From: Lama guanicoe
Taxonomy: Eukaryota
NCBI GenBank assembly: GCA_013239625.1
Contig: MU053376.1
Span: 2,693,078 to 2,757,077, forward strand
Length of the DNA: 64,000 bases
Direction: 5' to 3'
A program made the translations under genes and the position numbers. The notes under the pieces were generated by a model. It was not told the DNA's origin. It saw only the letters and a program-made list of their open reading frames with translations, and did not search any database. This document shows, in pieces, positions 13,332-24,187 of this stretch (its first letter is position 1; each line of letters starts with the position of its first letter).

Positions 13332-13523
13332 GTAGCTGTGTTGTCCCAACCAGGCTACTTTTTGCGTCACTCAAAAAGTATTACAGCAAACAGAATTATT
13401 TCCCAGCGGGTTCCACTGTGGAATATGAGTGCCGTAGGGGCTACAGAAGGGACCAGTCTCTGTCAGGAAACCTAACTTGCCTTCAGGATTTTACATGGTC
13501 CAAACCCGCTGAATTTTGTAAAA
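13332..13523 (+). CDS. CD55: CD55 exon 3: CCP2 (RSCVVPTRLLFASLK...WSKPAEFCK)
   Basis: Acceptor acttttag|, donor AAAA|gtgagt, 192 nt, sushi consensus. Confidence 0.97.
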
Positions 13524-13917
13524 GTGAGTATAATTTTACAGAGTATTCTTAACCATTTGGTATTTGGGGAAATAAGAGTTTCTTCCTTCATGCATAGCAG
13601 AAGTCTGAGTACATCATTTAGAATGATTCTTAAAAGAACCATTAGAACCATTTTATTTTAAATTAGACAAGCTAAATCCCTGTGAGATAGGAATATTAAT
13701 TTACTCACTAGCTTCACATTTAATTAGTTTAAGATTACCTAAAGTGAAATAAGTTTATATTCTAAATAAATTTTGAAGTTTTGAAATTTTGAAACTGGGG
13801 AAATGAAGGTAGGATTTAAATAGTCTACAGAGAAGGAATATCAGTAGTTCAGATGATGAATTTACATAGGTGTGCCTGATAATTTAATGAGAAAAATCAA
13901 TTTGTATTCTCTTCTAG

Positions 13918-14017
13918 AGAAACCATGTCCTAGTCCTGGAGAAATAAAAAATGGTCGTGTCATTATACCAGACGGCATATTATTCGGCGCGTCCATCTCT
14001 TTCTCATGTGACACAGG
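13918..14017 (+). CDS. CD55: CD55 exon 4: CCP3 first half (KKPCPSPGEIKNG...ILFGASISFSCDTG)
   Basis: Acceptor cttctag|, phase-2 donor ACAGG|gtaagt, 100 nt; split-CCP exon typical of RCA genes. Confidence 0.96.
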
Positions 14018-15087
14018 GTAAGTGTGGTCATACTAAACGCTACATTTAACAAGTGAAAAAACAAATTCGGATTTAAGATCGCAGCTTCTAGATTTGTGGC
14101 CGGTGTTCACAAGCTAGCAGCGGTAAAACAACCCGTCTGCTCAAAGATCCTTCATCCTGAGCTCTTCACAGTTAAGTTTAATAAAATGGGGCAAGAAAGG
14201 AAGACTTCTTATGCCACCAAAATTCTCTCAATTCTTAGATTTTAGTATATATGCATCATTATAAAATTTTAAGTGTAATTAGTAAAGGAAAAAAACTTGT
14301 GATAAGCTGATGATACTTGTAGAAATTAAATACTTTCACTGCAAATATGAAACTAATGTTTAATTTACTTAAATAATGAATTTGATTGTTTTTTTCTATA
14401 TGCAAACAACCTGTTATAAAATACCATAGGTTAAAAACAATTGCTCCTGGTGTGAAAATACCATTCTGATCTAAGGTCTTTCATAGGTTCTCTGTGCAGG
14501 GAAAAGGAATGTCCTCATACAGTATCATCAGCGTTTCAGATGCTGCCAGAATCTCCATATTCATTTTCACATTTAGTATCTGCAAATTGAATTATGATAT
14601 TTTACTCTATGTGTGTCCCTATTCATTATAAAATTAAAAATATCAGCATCACTTGTCTTCTGTACTAAACACAGATGTTTGGATCATTAATATCATTAAT
14701 ATAAAATCTGGGAGTACTTTGAGCCCTTTAAATATAAGTACATTCTATTTTTCTAGGAGTCTGTATCAATCTTTTAGAACTCAGAAAGAGAAAATATTTA
14801 AGCATCTGTATCCTTTCAAAGTGTTTTAAAACACTGTAATAGTTTCCGACATGTGCCCCACCCAAATCAAAAATGTTTTGAACGTCTTATATTTTTTAGC
14901 CTTTGATGTCACCCTTTTAAATATCATTTTTTATTTTCCTTTAAAGGACCATATGAACTTTTATCAGCCATTATTTTATCTCCACCTACTGGTGCCATAA
15001 ATATTTTAAGATGATATTCTGGAGAATTTAAGGGAAGTCCAAATATGTGTGCATTGAACTTAACTTTTTTCTCCCCTCATTGTTTAG

Positions 15088-15173
15088 GTACAGATTAGTT
15101 GGTGCAGATTCTATTTACTGTTCTCTTGTGGAAAACACTGTTGGGTGGAGTGATCCATTGCCAGAATGCCAAG
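15088..15173 (+). CDS. CD55: CD55 exon 5: CCP3 second half (GYRLVGADSIYCSLVENTVGWSDPLPECQ)
   Basis: Acceptor tgtttag|, donor CAAG|gtagga, 86 nt, WSDPLPEC motif. Confidence 0.96.
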
Positions 15174-17114
15174 GTAGGACTGGAAAATTCTAAGCACTAA
15201 GGTTGTGGGATTGGATAGGCAATGATAAGTTACTTTCTGCTCATTAAGAATTATCCACAGTATATATCTGTGGTACCCTTACCTTCCAACCTGTGAGTGT
15301 CTTATCTAACGTAAAGACCTTTATTAGTAATGCTCCTTAATTTATTGACAGTGGGGATAAAGGATTAAACACAAACTAAGGTTTATATTGTGCTTGGTCA
15401 TTTATAATCTTACCATTCCTTCTAAGAGTCAAGTGAAATAGATATGGCTTTTTTTCCTCCCATAATTTTTAATTTTATGGATTAAAATACTACTGATCAG
15501 AAAGTTTGTATCACTTGACCCTATATCCCAAAATATGTGGCAAAAGAAAGCATTTAACCCGGATCGCTTGACTTCAAACCTTCATTCTTCATTCTTCATT
15601 CTTCTCAAGACCTGGTGTTATCGCCATGCCTCTTTAAGGATTATTAACTGAGCTAATTATCTAGAAATGTTTTAAAGTGTGATTATTTTTTATCATTAGA
15701 GAAATAAGCCTATATAATAAGGAATATGGTTTCTGAACTTGGAAACCTTGTCTTCTCAAGGGGAGATAGGGCACAGAGATAATTTCATAAATGGATGTAT
15801 CAAGTCAAATGTATGTGCATTAGAGCCACGTCTCTTAAAAATTGGCAGGAATAAATATATACAGTATTTAAAAATGTAAGCTTCCTTTCTCTCATCCTCA
15901 TTAAAAATATCGCTAAGTTGAAGTTTTTGGTGTTATTAGGAGCAGAAAACTAGGGTAGATGTAGTGTAATTTATCAAGCATTTATTGATTGACACTCTAT
16001 GGTAAGGAATGCATGGGATATGAAGACAAAATGAAGCCTTGTCCACCAGAAGTTGACTCCTGCCACACCCACCTTGCACCCCACCCTCTATCTACTATTT
16101 CTCCTTTTTTCCTCATTATTATTTTCAAATATCCATTACTGCTCACCATCACCTTTCCTGCTTGCACCATCCAGTAAGGGATGCTGTAAATGATACTAAA
16201 GCAAATATGGAAAGCCAGGAGGAGCTGGACCATATCTTTTTCTGACACAGGCAACTTGTCACAATGTCTGGACAAGCAGTCTCCCCCTCTGAGGCCAGTA
16301 TCTTTACAAGCAACTGCTGTCATGAGTTTCACAGAAATGTGGACACCAAGCACGCATTCCGGCATCGAAGAGCAAATGCACTCTCTCTTCGTGCTTGCCT
16401 GTGGCTAGGCCAGGCCCTGCTCCCTGTCTGGTATCTTCAGCTTCATCCTGATGTTCATGTTTTCCTCTCTGACTCTTATCTCCCTCTCCAACTCGGCAAG
16501 TACTGACATCTGTGTCCCGCCGGAAAGAGTCTTTTTTCCTCAGCAACGCCAGTGCCTTCAACTCTCCCAATAAAGCCCTACTTCTTTTAGGCGCTTATTT
16601 TCCACATAGCTTTTCTGTTTGACAGTATCCAGAGGATCAAGTGGAAAGTATAAATTCTTAAACAATGAGCTGTTTCACCTCAGGTATGCAGCCCTGGCTT
16701 CTGTAGACACATGAGACAGCACTGATGTCCATGTGTGGAGGTGGATATGAAGGTTTGCATACAAAGAAGGAACAAACAATTTAAAAACTATCCTTGGTTA
16801 TTCATCAATCAGAGGTGATACTCGTTGACCTCTGAATGAAGCCTCAGTGTTAAAAGGATCTGTTTCCCTTTCTCTCTGCCAGTGTTTTCATTTTCAAAAC
16901 TAATTTGAGTTGCCTGCTGGTACATGCTAGCCTGGGGTCAATCCCTGCTGTGTCATTTCTGTCATTCCAGACCCTTCTCTTTATGTTAACTTCCCACTCC
17001 TAATCACTAAATAATTTTCCTTTACTGTCTCAATCTACTTCTCAAACCTGTGTTTTATCCTCCATCTGTGTTACTTCTAATATAGTTTATTATCCCTTAT
17101 CTGAACTATTGCAA

Positions 17115-17600
17115 TAAGGGCCACCCCTAACATTTTCAGGGTCCAGGACATGAGTATAAATGGAGGTCCGTTAAGACCCAGCCGTTCTTTAGTAAGGGGT
17201 CCCCTTCTTGCCCTGTGTGGGGTCTCTGATGCATGTAAATGGACAGCTTGGCCTACACACCCAAGTTAGTGTCCCCTATGACCCTTATCCCCACTCCATT
17301 GAACTTTGACCTAAATGTGGACACATCAGAAGTATAGACCATCCTCAAGAATATGACTCAGGAGAAAGGATGCCCTCAGGCCCTGAAAGGGGTTTTGGCA
17401 CAGGGAGTTCTGGGTGCCAATTCCTGGAGAATGATTTAGAATGGGGTTGGGGAGGAGCTCTCATTGGACATATCCCCTCAGCCCTGCAGATTCTCCATCC
17501 AGTAGAGAGAGGCACAGCCAGAGGAGCGCCAGGGCACGGCCTTTTAGGTGTGGGAGCTAGGGCAGAAGTTCCACTTACTTGAGTGCAAAAATGACACTGA
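17115..17600. mobile_element. MER45-like hAT DNA transposon relic interrupting an L2
   Basis: Starts agggccacccctaacattttcagggtccaggacatgagtataaatggagg; GC-richer than flanks; L2-like sequence on both sides. Confidence 0.45.
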
Positions 17601-18210
17601 TTACATTGGCCTCCAGTCTCCATTCTTAACACTGTTATTGTTTCACTCAGTCTTCCCGGTGATTCATCCAAAACACAAATGTGACCTGTCTCTTTCCTTC
17701 TTAATGTCTATTAGTGTCTCCTCATCACGTACAAAGTCTAAACTTCTTCCTATAATGTACAAGGCTAGCCGTGGTCTACCTGCTTCTCCACGCATGTCTT
17801 GCCTTCATGCTTTACACTCTACGCATGCAAATGGCTCTGGTTTCCATGTACCTCATTGCGCTTCATGCATCTACATCATTCCTTATGCTACTGCCTCTGC
17901 CTGGAATGTCCTTCGGCCCCTTTTTTGCTTGGCTTTTTCTTTTCTTACTATGGGTCTGCTCTGGTAGTTCTAGAAGGTTTCCCTGACCTCCCTGCCCCCC
18001 AGGCTGGTTAACTGTCCTTCTTTCTTTCCACACCCTTGTGCATCTCTCTGTGATAACCCTCACCATTTGTATTAAAATGATCTCTTTGAATGTCTCTTCC
18101 CACTGTATTTTAAGACACTGAAACTCTATCTTACTTGGATTTGTCCTTCTATTTACAGAACAATGTCTGATATGTATTAAGTGCTCAGAAAACATTTGAA
18201 CTGAACTGAT
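17601..18210 (+). mobile_element. L2 LINE 3' end
   Basis: Pyrimidine-rich, cctctgcctggaatgtcctt motif, ends gtgctcagaaaacatttgaactgaa. Confidence 0.7.
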
Positions 18211-19110
18211 GGTGATATGTGTTGTCATCAGACACCCAGCCCAGTGTAAATCAGATTAGCTTGTTTTTATTCCTTGCTTTGATCAACGGCCGAAAAGTAA
18301 TTTATAAATTGCTAGTGTTCTCTGGGCATTTAAGAGCATTTGGTGTAATATAATTTGATGTTCACAATATGGTCAGATTGCTTTCTTGCTTAAAAAAGAG
18401 GAAAGAAATACAACTTCCTGGCTCCAGAGAATGTGGAACCATTGAATTTTTTATCAGAGCATCTGCCTGGGAGGAGCCTCTTTTTGTAATATAATTAAAA
18501 TAACTCTGCTTGAATGTTTTTACAAATTCTATTTAACCTGAAAGTCAAAGTGTAATCTTGACTTTCCATTTAAAATCTTTTGTTCTATTCAGAATGATCT
18601 ATCCCTCTTTCCCAAGCATGCCACTTACGTTCCCAACTCCTTTAATTTGGCATCATTACTACCTGGAATGAAGAGCCCTCTTCTCTGCTCTTTCTTAGAG
18701 GGATCCATTTCAGGTTTAAATTTGAAGTCCATTTATTCTTTAAAGTCTCTGCCCTGCCTTTGCCTTTGAACCTACAGCATTTACTTTTACTAGCACTGGT
18801 TTGATATATAACATGTGCAAGCTTTACAATAATTTTTGTTTTACATATGTGTTTTCAATCTTACTGTTTCTATAAATTGGTCTCAAAGTTAGCATTCATG
18901 TTTTATAACCCTCGTATCCAAAGCTCCAAATATACTACCGATTACTTAATAGGTATTTAGAAGCATCCCTTGTTGCTAATCCTGAATTTAGAAAAATGGT
19001 AGATTTTAATATTTTTAAAATAAAATTTTTAACATATTTTAGTCTTACGTATTTGTAAAACTACTTCGCCAGTTTAATTAATTTAAAATGTGTTGGATTT
19101 TTTTTTAAAG

Positions 19111-19299
19111 AAATTTTTTGTCCAGAACCACCAGAAATTGACAATGGAATAATTCCAGAGAAACAGGAGAGTTATGCATATAGTCAGTCTGTAAAATATA
19201 AGTGTATGGAAGGCTTCACCCTGTATGGAGAGCACTCTATCTATTGCACTGTAAAAGATGACCAAGGAGCGTGGAGCGGCCCCCCACCTGAATGCAGAG
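19111..19299 (+). CDS. CD55: CD55 exon 6: CCP4 (EIFCPEPPEIDNG...WSGPPPECR)
   Basis: Acceptor ttttaaag|, donor AGAG|gtaatc, 189 nt, intact sushi domain. Confidence 0.96.
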
Positions 19300-20199
19300 G
19301 TAATCAGTTTGCAGAGCAATATTTCTGTCTTATTCCTACCCGTAGGTCTATATATGGCCTTCAGAGATTCCATGAACTCCTTGAGAAATGAATATAAAAT
19401 CTGTATATATGTATGCTTGTATTTTTGCAGGGGGATAAAATTTTCACCAGAGTCTAAGTGGGTCTATGACTTCCAAAAAGGAAGAACCACTGATGTGGAG
19501 AACATACAGTAATATATAAATAAATAAATAGACACATGACCTCTATGAATATATCTATGTATGTTTATATATACACACACATGTTATATATACACATACA
19601 CACATGTCTCATGTTTTTAGTGAATTAGCTTAAATTTGCTGTTTCTTACCATGTTACTTTCAGCGAGTTAATACAGATATCTCTTTGTTTACACAAAGTT
19701 TATTTAATTTGGAGAGAATCTTAGCTTGAACTGAGGGATCTAGATAATGATCATATATGTTGTGACAACTAAGAAAAACTCTTGCCTGTCTGTTGACTTC
19801 ATTGAATTATATTTATTTATTTTCCGCCTCCAGAATTTCTCTTATTGAGAATGCTCTCTTCTTCATCTTTCTAGAACTCCCCACCCACCCTTACTGCCTT
19901 TTGATACCTGGGCTGTTCTCTCAGAGTCTTTTGAACTGCTTCTTGAATACATCTGTGAAGACGTATTTAGATGATCAGTGAAGCTGAATTGTAACATTTC
20001 ACAGGACCAGTAAGAGACATTTGCTTAAGCAGTGTCATAGTGGAATATGACTCAAGCAAATGCTACTTTTATAATTATACTTGAAGTCTATTAGCATGCA
20101 TTTTTAAATATCATTGCTTGTTAAAAATAGTTTTTTCATATAAGTGGCACACATAAACATAATGAAGCAAAATGAAAACCATGTAGATGATTGTATAAA

Positions 20200-20745
20200 A
20201 TGAGAAGTTAAAATCTTGTCTAGTTTTCCTCCAGAAGTAACCACTGTTTACAAATTTTTGTTTTATTCTAGAAATAAATGTACATACACATATTTCTTTT
20301 TTTTATCATATCAGTTGTATGGATATGTATCATTTATTTAACCAGTGTCCTATTGAAGGAAATTTAGTTGTTCTAGTTTTTAAAAAATTTGCTACAGTAA
20401 ATATTATTGTACATCTGATCACTGCACATGTGTGTAAGTACATATTTTATGATAAATTTCTTGCAGTGTAATTACTGTATCAAAGGTACATGCCTTTAAC
20501 TTTTTGGTAGATGTCACTAAGGTTGTTTCCAAAGAAACTGTACCAATTTACTCTCCTACCAATCATTGTGCTGGGTGTCTGCACCAAAAATGATAATGGT
20601 TATTATGATATGGAGATGTGACAATATAAGTGGTGAAAATTTCATTTTATTATTTGAATTCACTTAATTATGAGTGAAGTTTGGTATTTTAAAAATTTAG
20701 CCACTTGATCCTCTTCATATTTATTTTCCTGTGTTTTATTAAATC
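20200..20745 (-). mobile_element. L1ME-type 3' fragment
   Basis: atcatttatttaaccagtgtcctattga...tgtaccaatttactctcctacc motifs. Confidence 0.65.
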
Positions 20746-21539
20746 ATCAGTTATTTAGAGTTTACAACTCTGATAATGCCTAAGGAGGTCATGGCAGATC
20801 AATGCTCCCTTCAAAATAACTAAAACACCTGGGTAGCTTTTTTTTTTTTAAATCATATTTTAAAGGAGTAAGTTCTTCTCTCATGGGATCAATTAGGGCT
20901 GAATGAACCAAAATTCTTGGAGTTGGGGAGTGAGGGCAAACCATTCTGAGCTGTGCCTGGGCAGAGGATCCATCTTAACTCAGATAAAAGACCACTGCCA
21001 GGAAAGAGAGAAACTAACAAAGCCTTCAATGGTTGTAGTGAGTTAGGATAATGCACTGGAAATTTGAAGTCTTCAAATGCAGACCCAATTTTTCCCAAGA
21101 GCCATTTGTTGATTTCTGGGGGTACAGGTGAGACTGGGGAGCTGGACACAATTCTTCCAAAGTGCTAAATGAAATCTCCCTGAACTTTATGGCATTTGGA
21201 CAACAAACCCATCGGAGGAGCAGGCCTGTATCAAGTATGTAGACAGTCTCCCCCTTACGACATCCAAGCTCACTTTGAAACTGTGTGGTGAAGGAGGCTA
21301 GGTTGCTGGGCTGGGGCACTGCTAAAGGACAGACCTGGATCTCCTGCAGTCTCTTAGGTCTGAGGAAACAGATCCACCAGGCTGTCAGATTAAAAACCCA
21401 GAAGAGCCACTTACAAGGAGCAGAGGCAAGAGTGGCAATCTTACTGAAACTGTAACCTAGCTCAGTCTCTCATAGGCTGAGGATGTGATCACCTCAAACT
21501 AATCTGCCTGTCAGAAAAGGAGACCCTCCCTTTGTAAGA

Positions 21540-22420
21540 GCATATCATCTGAATGTTTTATATACAATGTATGGCATACAATAAAAATGATTAGACATGC
21601 AAAGAAGCAAGAAATTATAACCAAATTACAAGAAATCAAAACTAGATAAAGAAAATCTAGATAATTGAGTTAGAGAAATGAGACTTTAAAATAAGTGATC
21701 AATATATTTATGATATTAAAAGAAAAGATAAATAGAGAACTACAAGAGAGAATTGGAATCTATAAAAATGGAGTAAAATAGACATTCTGCAACTGGAAAA
21801 TATATCTAAATTTAAGAACATAATAGATAAGTTTAGCAGCAATTTGAACATAGCAGAAGACAGTATCAGGAACTGAAAGAGAGGTTAATTAACAATGCCC
21901 AAAGTGAAACACAAAGAGGAAAAAGAATGCAAAACATAGATCATGTTTCAGAGATATTTGGGACATGTAAAATTCTTCTAACATATGTTAAAAAAAAAAG
22001 GAGAGAGGAGGGTAGGAGAGAGAAACAGAAGAAATATTCTAAGAGATAATGACTGAAAAATTTCCAACTTCTGAGCACCTCATAGCAAGATTTTGGAAAC
22101 TCAAAGCAATGATCAAAGCATCAAGAAACAAAGACACATTTTCTTCAAAGAAGCAACAATAATACTGATCAACTGACTTCTCAACAAAAACTATGGAAGC
22201 CAAAAGACAATAGGAGGAAATTTAAAATACTGTAAGAAAATTGCTGCTCACCTAGGGGTCTAGACTCAATGAATATATCCTTTAAAACTGAATGCAAAAT
22301 AATGAAGATGTTCTCATACAAAAACTAAGGGACTTTGTCACCAGCAGACCAGAACTGTACAAAATGAAAAACTAAAAGGAATCCTTCAAGTAGAATGAAA
22401 ATAATTCCAGGTAAAACATG
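21540..22420 (+). mobile_element. Degraded L1 ORF1 region
   Basis: A-rich; gaagaaatattctaagagataatgactgaaaaatttcca, actgacttctcaacaaaaactatggaagcc and gtcaccagcagacc are typical L1 ORF1 relics; many stops. Confidence 0.7.
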
Positions 22421-23452
22421 AAGATGCTTTATAAGTATCCTTTATAGCATCCTGTGAGATAGGTAAAGGAAGCAGAGTAAATGACACACAACATCTGAGT
22501 GGTAGGCAGAATTCGTGCTGATGTTGCTGGCAGCGGCAGCACCTGCTGGGTGGTAGAGTGTATTGCTTCAGGGGCAGACATTGTGAGATAACTTCGCTAA
22601 CTTATTTTCCTGGTTCCCTACAATAACGCTGTAAGATCTGCTTTGTTTTATCTTCATTTTACAGATGAAAAAACTGAAGCTTAGAGGGATTAGAAAACTT
22701 GAAAACAGTCTCTAGGATGTGGTCAAACAGACTCAGGTACTGATGGGTCCTGCCTTAGGAGGCAGATGCAACACAAAGTCAAACAGGCACTAAAGACCTA
22801 AAATTTTAATGTCGTTAGATTTTTGATTCTCAGAATAGAATCCTCACCGAATTTGCATTTCAGATAGTTATCTCATATAAAATCCAAAGGGAAACTAAAC
22901 GAATGTATATAAAGTTGGTAACCAATATCAGGAGAGGGAAAGGAAGTTATTTTATTCTGATTGACTTTATTGCTTCAAAAAAGAAGTGAAACAAAACAAG
23001 TTTTCAAGGTCACTAACGTGTCCTGAAAGCTTTGGGAAAAGTAACTGTGTTGGGATTATCTTTGCTGGTTCAAGGTTGCATCCTGCTGTTCTTTGGTCTT
23101 GGCAAGGAAGAAAGTCTTTGAGAGAAACTATCTCTATTTGGGTGTGTCACAGAATGAGATCACTGCCAGCTCTGACTTTGGTTTCCTTTTTTTCCACATA
23201 GAAAACAGTTTAAGAGCGGTTCTACTCTAGTATAAATCTACTTTAGTTTACTATAAATATAATTTATATCAAAATGAAGACAGTAGAGCATTTTGGCTCC
23301 TTGGGAAATATATGAGAAGACCCGGTTTCCTAAAAGTCATGTTTTGGTGTTTGTGGGGAAGGAGAAGAGTCATAGAGCAAACAGTTGGTTCCTAAATCTT
23401 AATTTGGATACTTTCTTTAGCTAATTTTATTTGTAACATTTTTCCTCCATAG

Positions 23453-24187
23453 GAGCTTCTCAAGTATACGAGTTCAGACCAACAGTTCAGAAATCCACCA
23501 CAGTAACTGTTCCAGGTACCAAAGCCCCATCAGCTCCTCAGAAACCCACCTCAGTGAGTTCTCCAGCTACGAAGTCCTCACCATCTCCTCAGAAACTCAC
23601 CACTGTAAATGTTCCAGCTACAGAAACCCCATCAACTCCTCAGAAATCCATCATAATAACTTCTTCAGCTACAAAGTCCCCACTAACTCCTCAGAAACTC
23701 GCCATTGTAAATGTTCCAGCTATAAAAACCTCATCAACTCCTCAGAAACCCATCATAATAACTTCTTCAGCTACAAAGTCCCCACTAACTCCTCAGAAAC
23801 CCATTATGGTAAATATTCCAGCTGCAGAAGTCCCACCAACTCCTCAGAAACCTACCAAAACAAATAATTCAGTCACAAAACCCCCAAATTTCCCCACACC
23901 AAACACTCACTCTCCAGCAGCCAAGAATCCCTTCAAGACAAATGCTTCTGCTACACAGGCTGTACCAACAACCCAAAAATTCACCACAGCAAAAGCTTCG
24001 CTTACACAGAATCTTCGAGCAACACGAAACTCCACTGCTCTACATCCCCCAGTGACCAAGGGTTTCCACACAACACAAAGATTGACCTCTGCTCATGTTA
24101 CAGCAACGAAGAGTCCAACTGTTTCCAAGGCAACCACGCGTTTTCACACAACAAGCACCTCGAAAGGACATAAAAGCCCTTCTTCAG
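23453..24187 (+). CDS. CD55: CD55 S/T/P-rich stalk: exon 7 (23453-23515) + retainable in-frame intron (23516-24103) + exon 8 (24104-24187)
   Basis: Acceptor cctccatag|, final donor TCAG|gtcagt; 735 nt open in frame; internal phase-1 donor CCAG|gtacca and phase-1 acceptor gttacag|CA. Outer boundaries are firm, internal ones are inferred. Confidence 0.9.
23485..23870 (+). repeat. 51-bp (17-aa) coding tandem repeat, ~7.5 units
   Basis: (c/g)(c/t)tcagaaa anchors at 23485, 23536, 23587, 23638, 23689, 23740, 23791, 23842, spaced exactly 51 nt; unit PQKPTxVNVPATxxPxT. Confidence 0.95.

Noticed and set aside
23551..23559. Consensus-like donor TCA|gtgagt within the stalk
   Set aside because: Phase 0, whereas downstream acceptors are phase 1; use would frameshift. 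Not called without transcript evidence.
23485..23870. Regularly spaced repeat that superficially resembles a CRISPR array
   Set aside because: Eukaryotic coding tandem repeat; the sequences between anchors are homologous to each other, and there are no cas genes.
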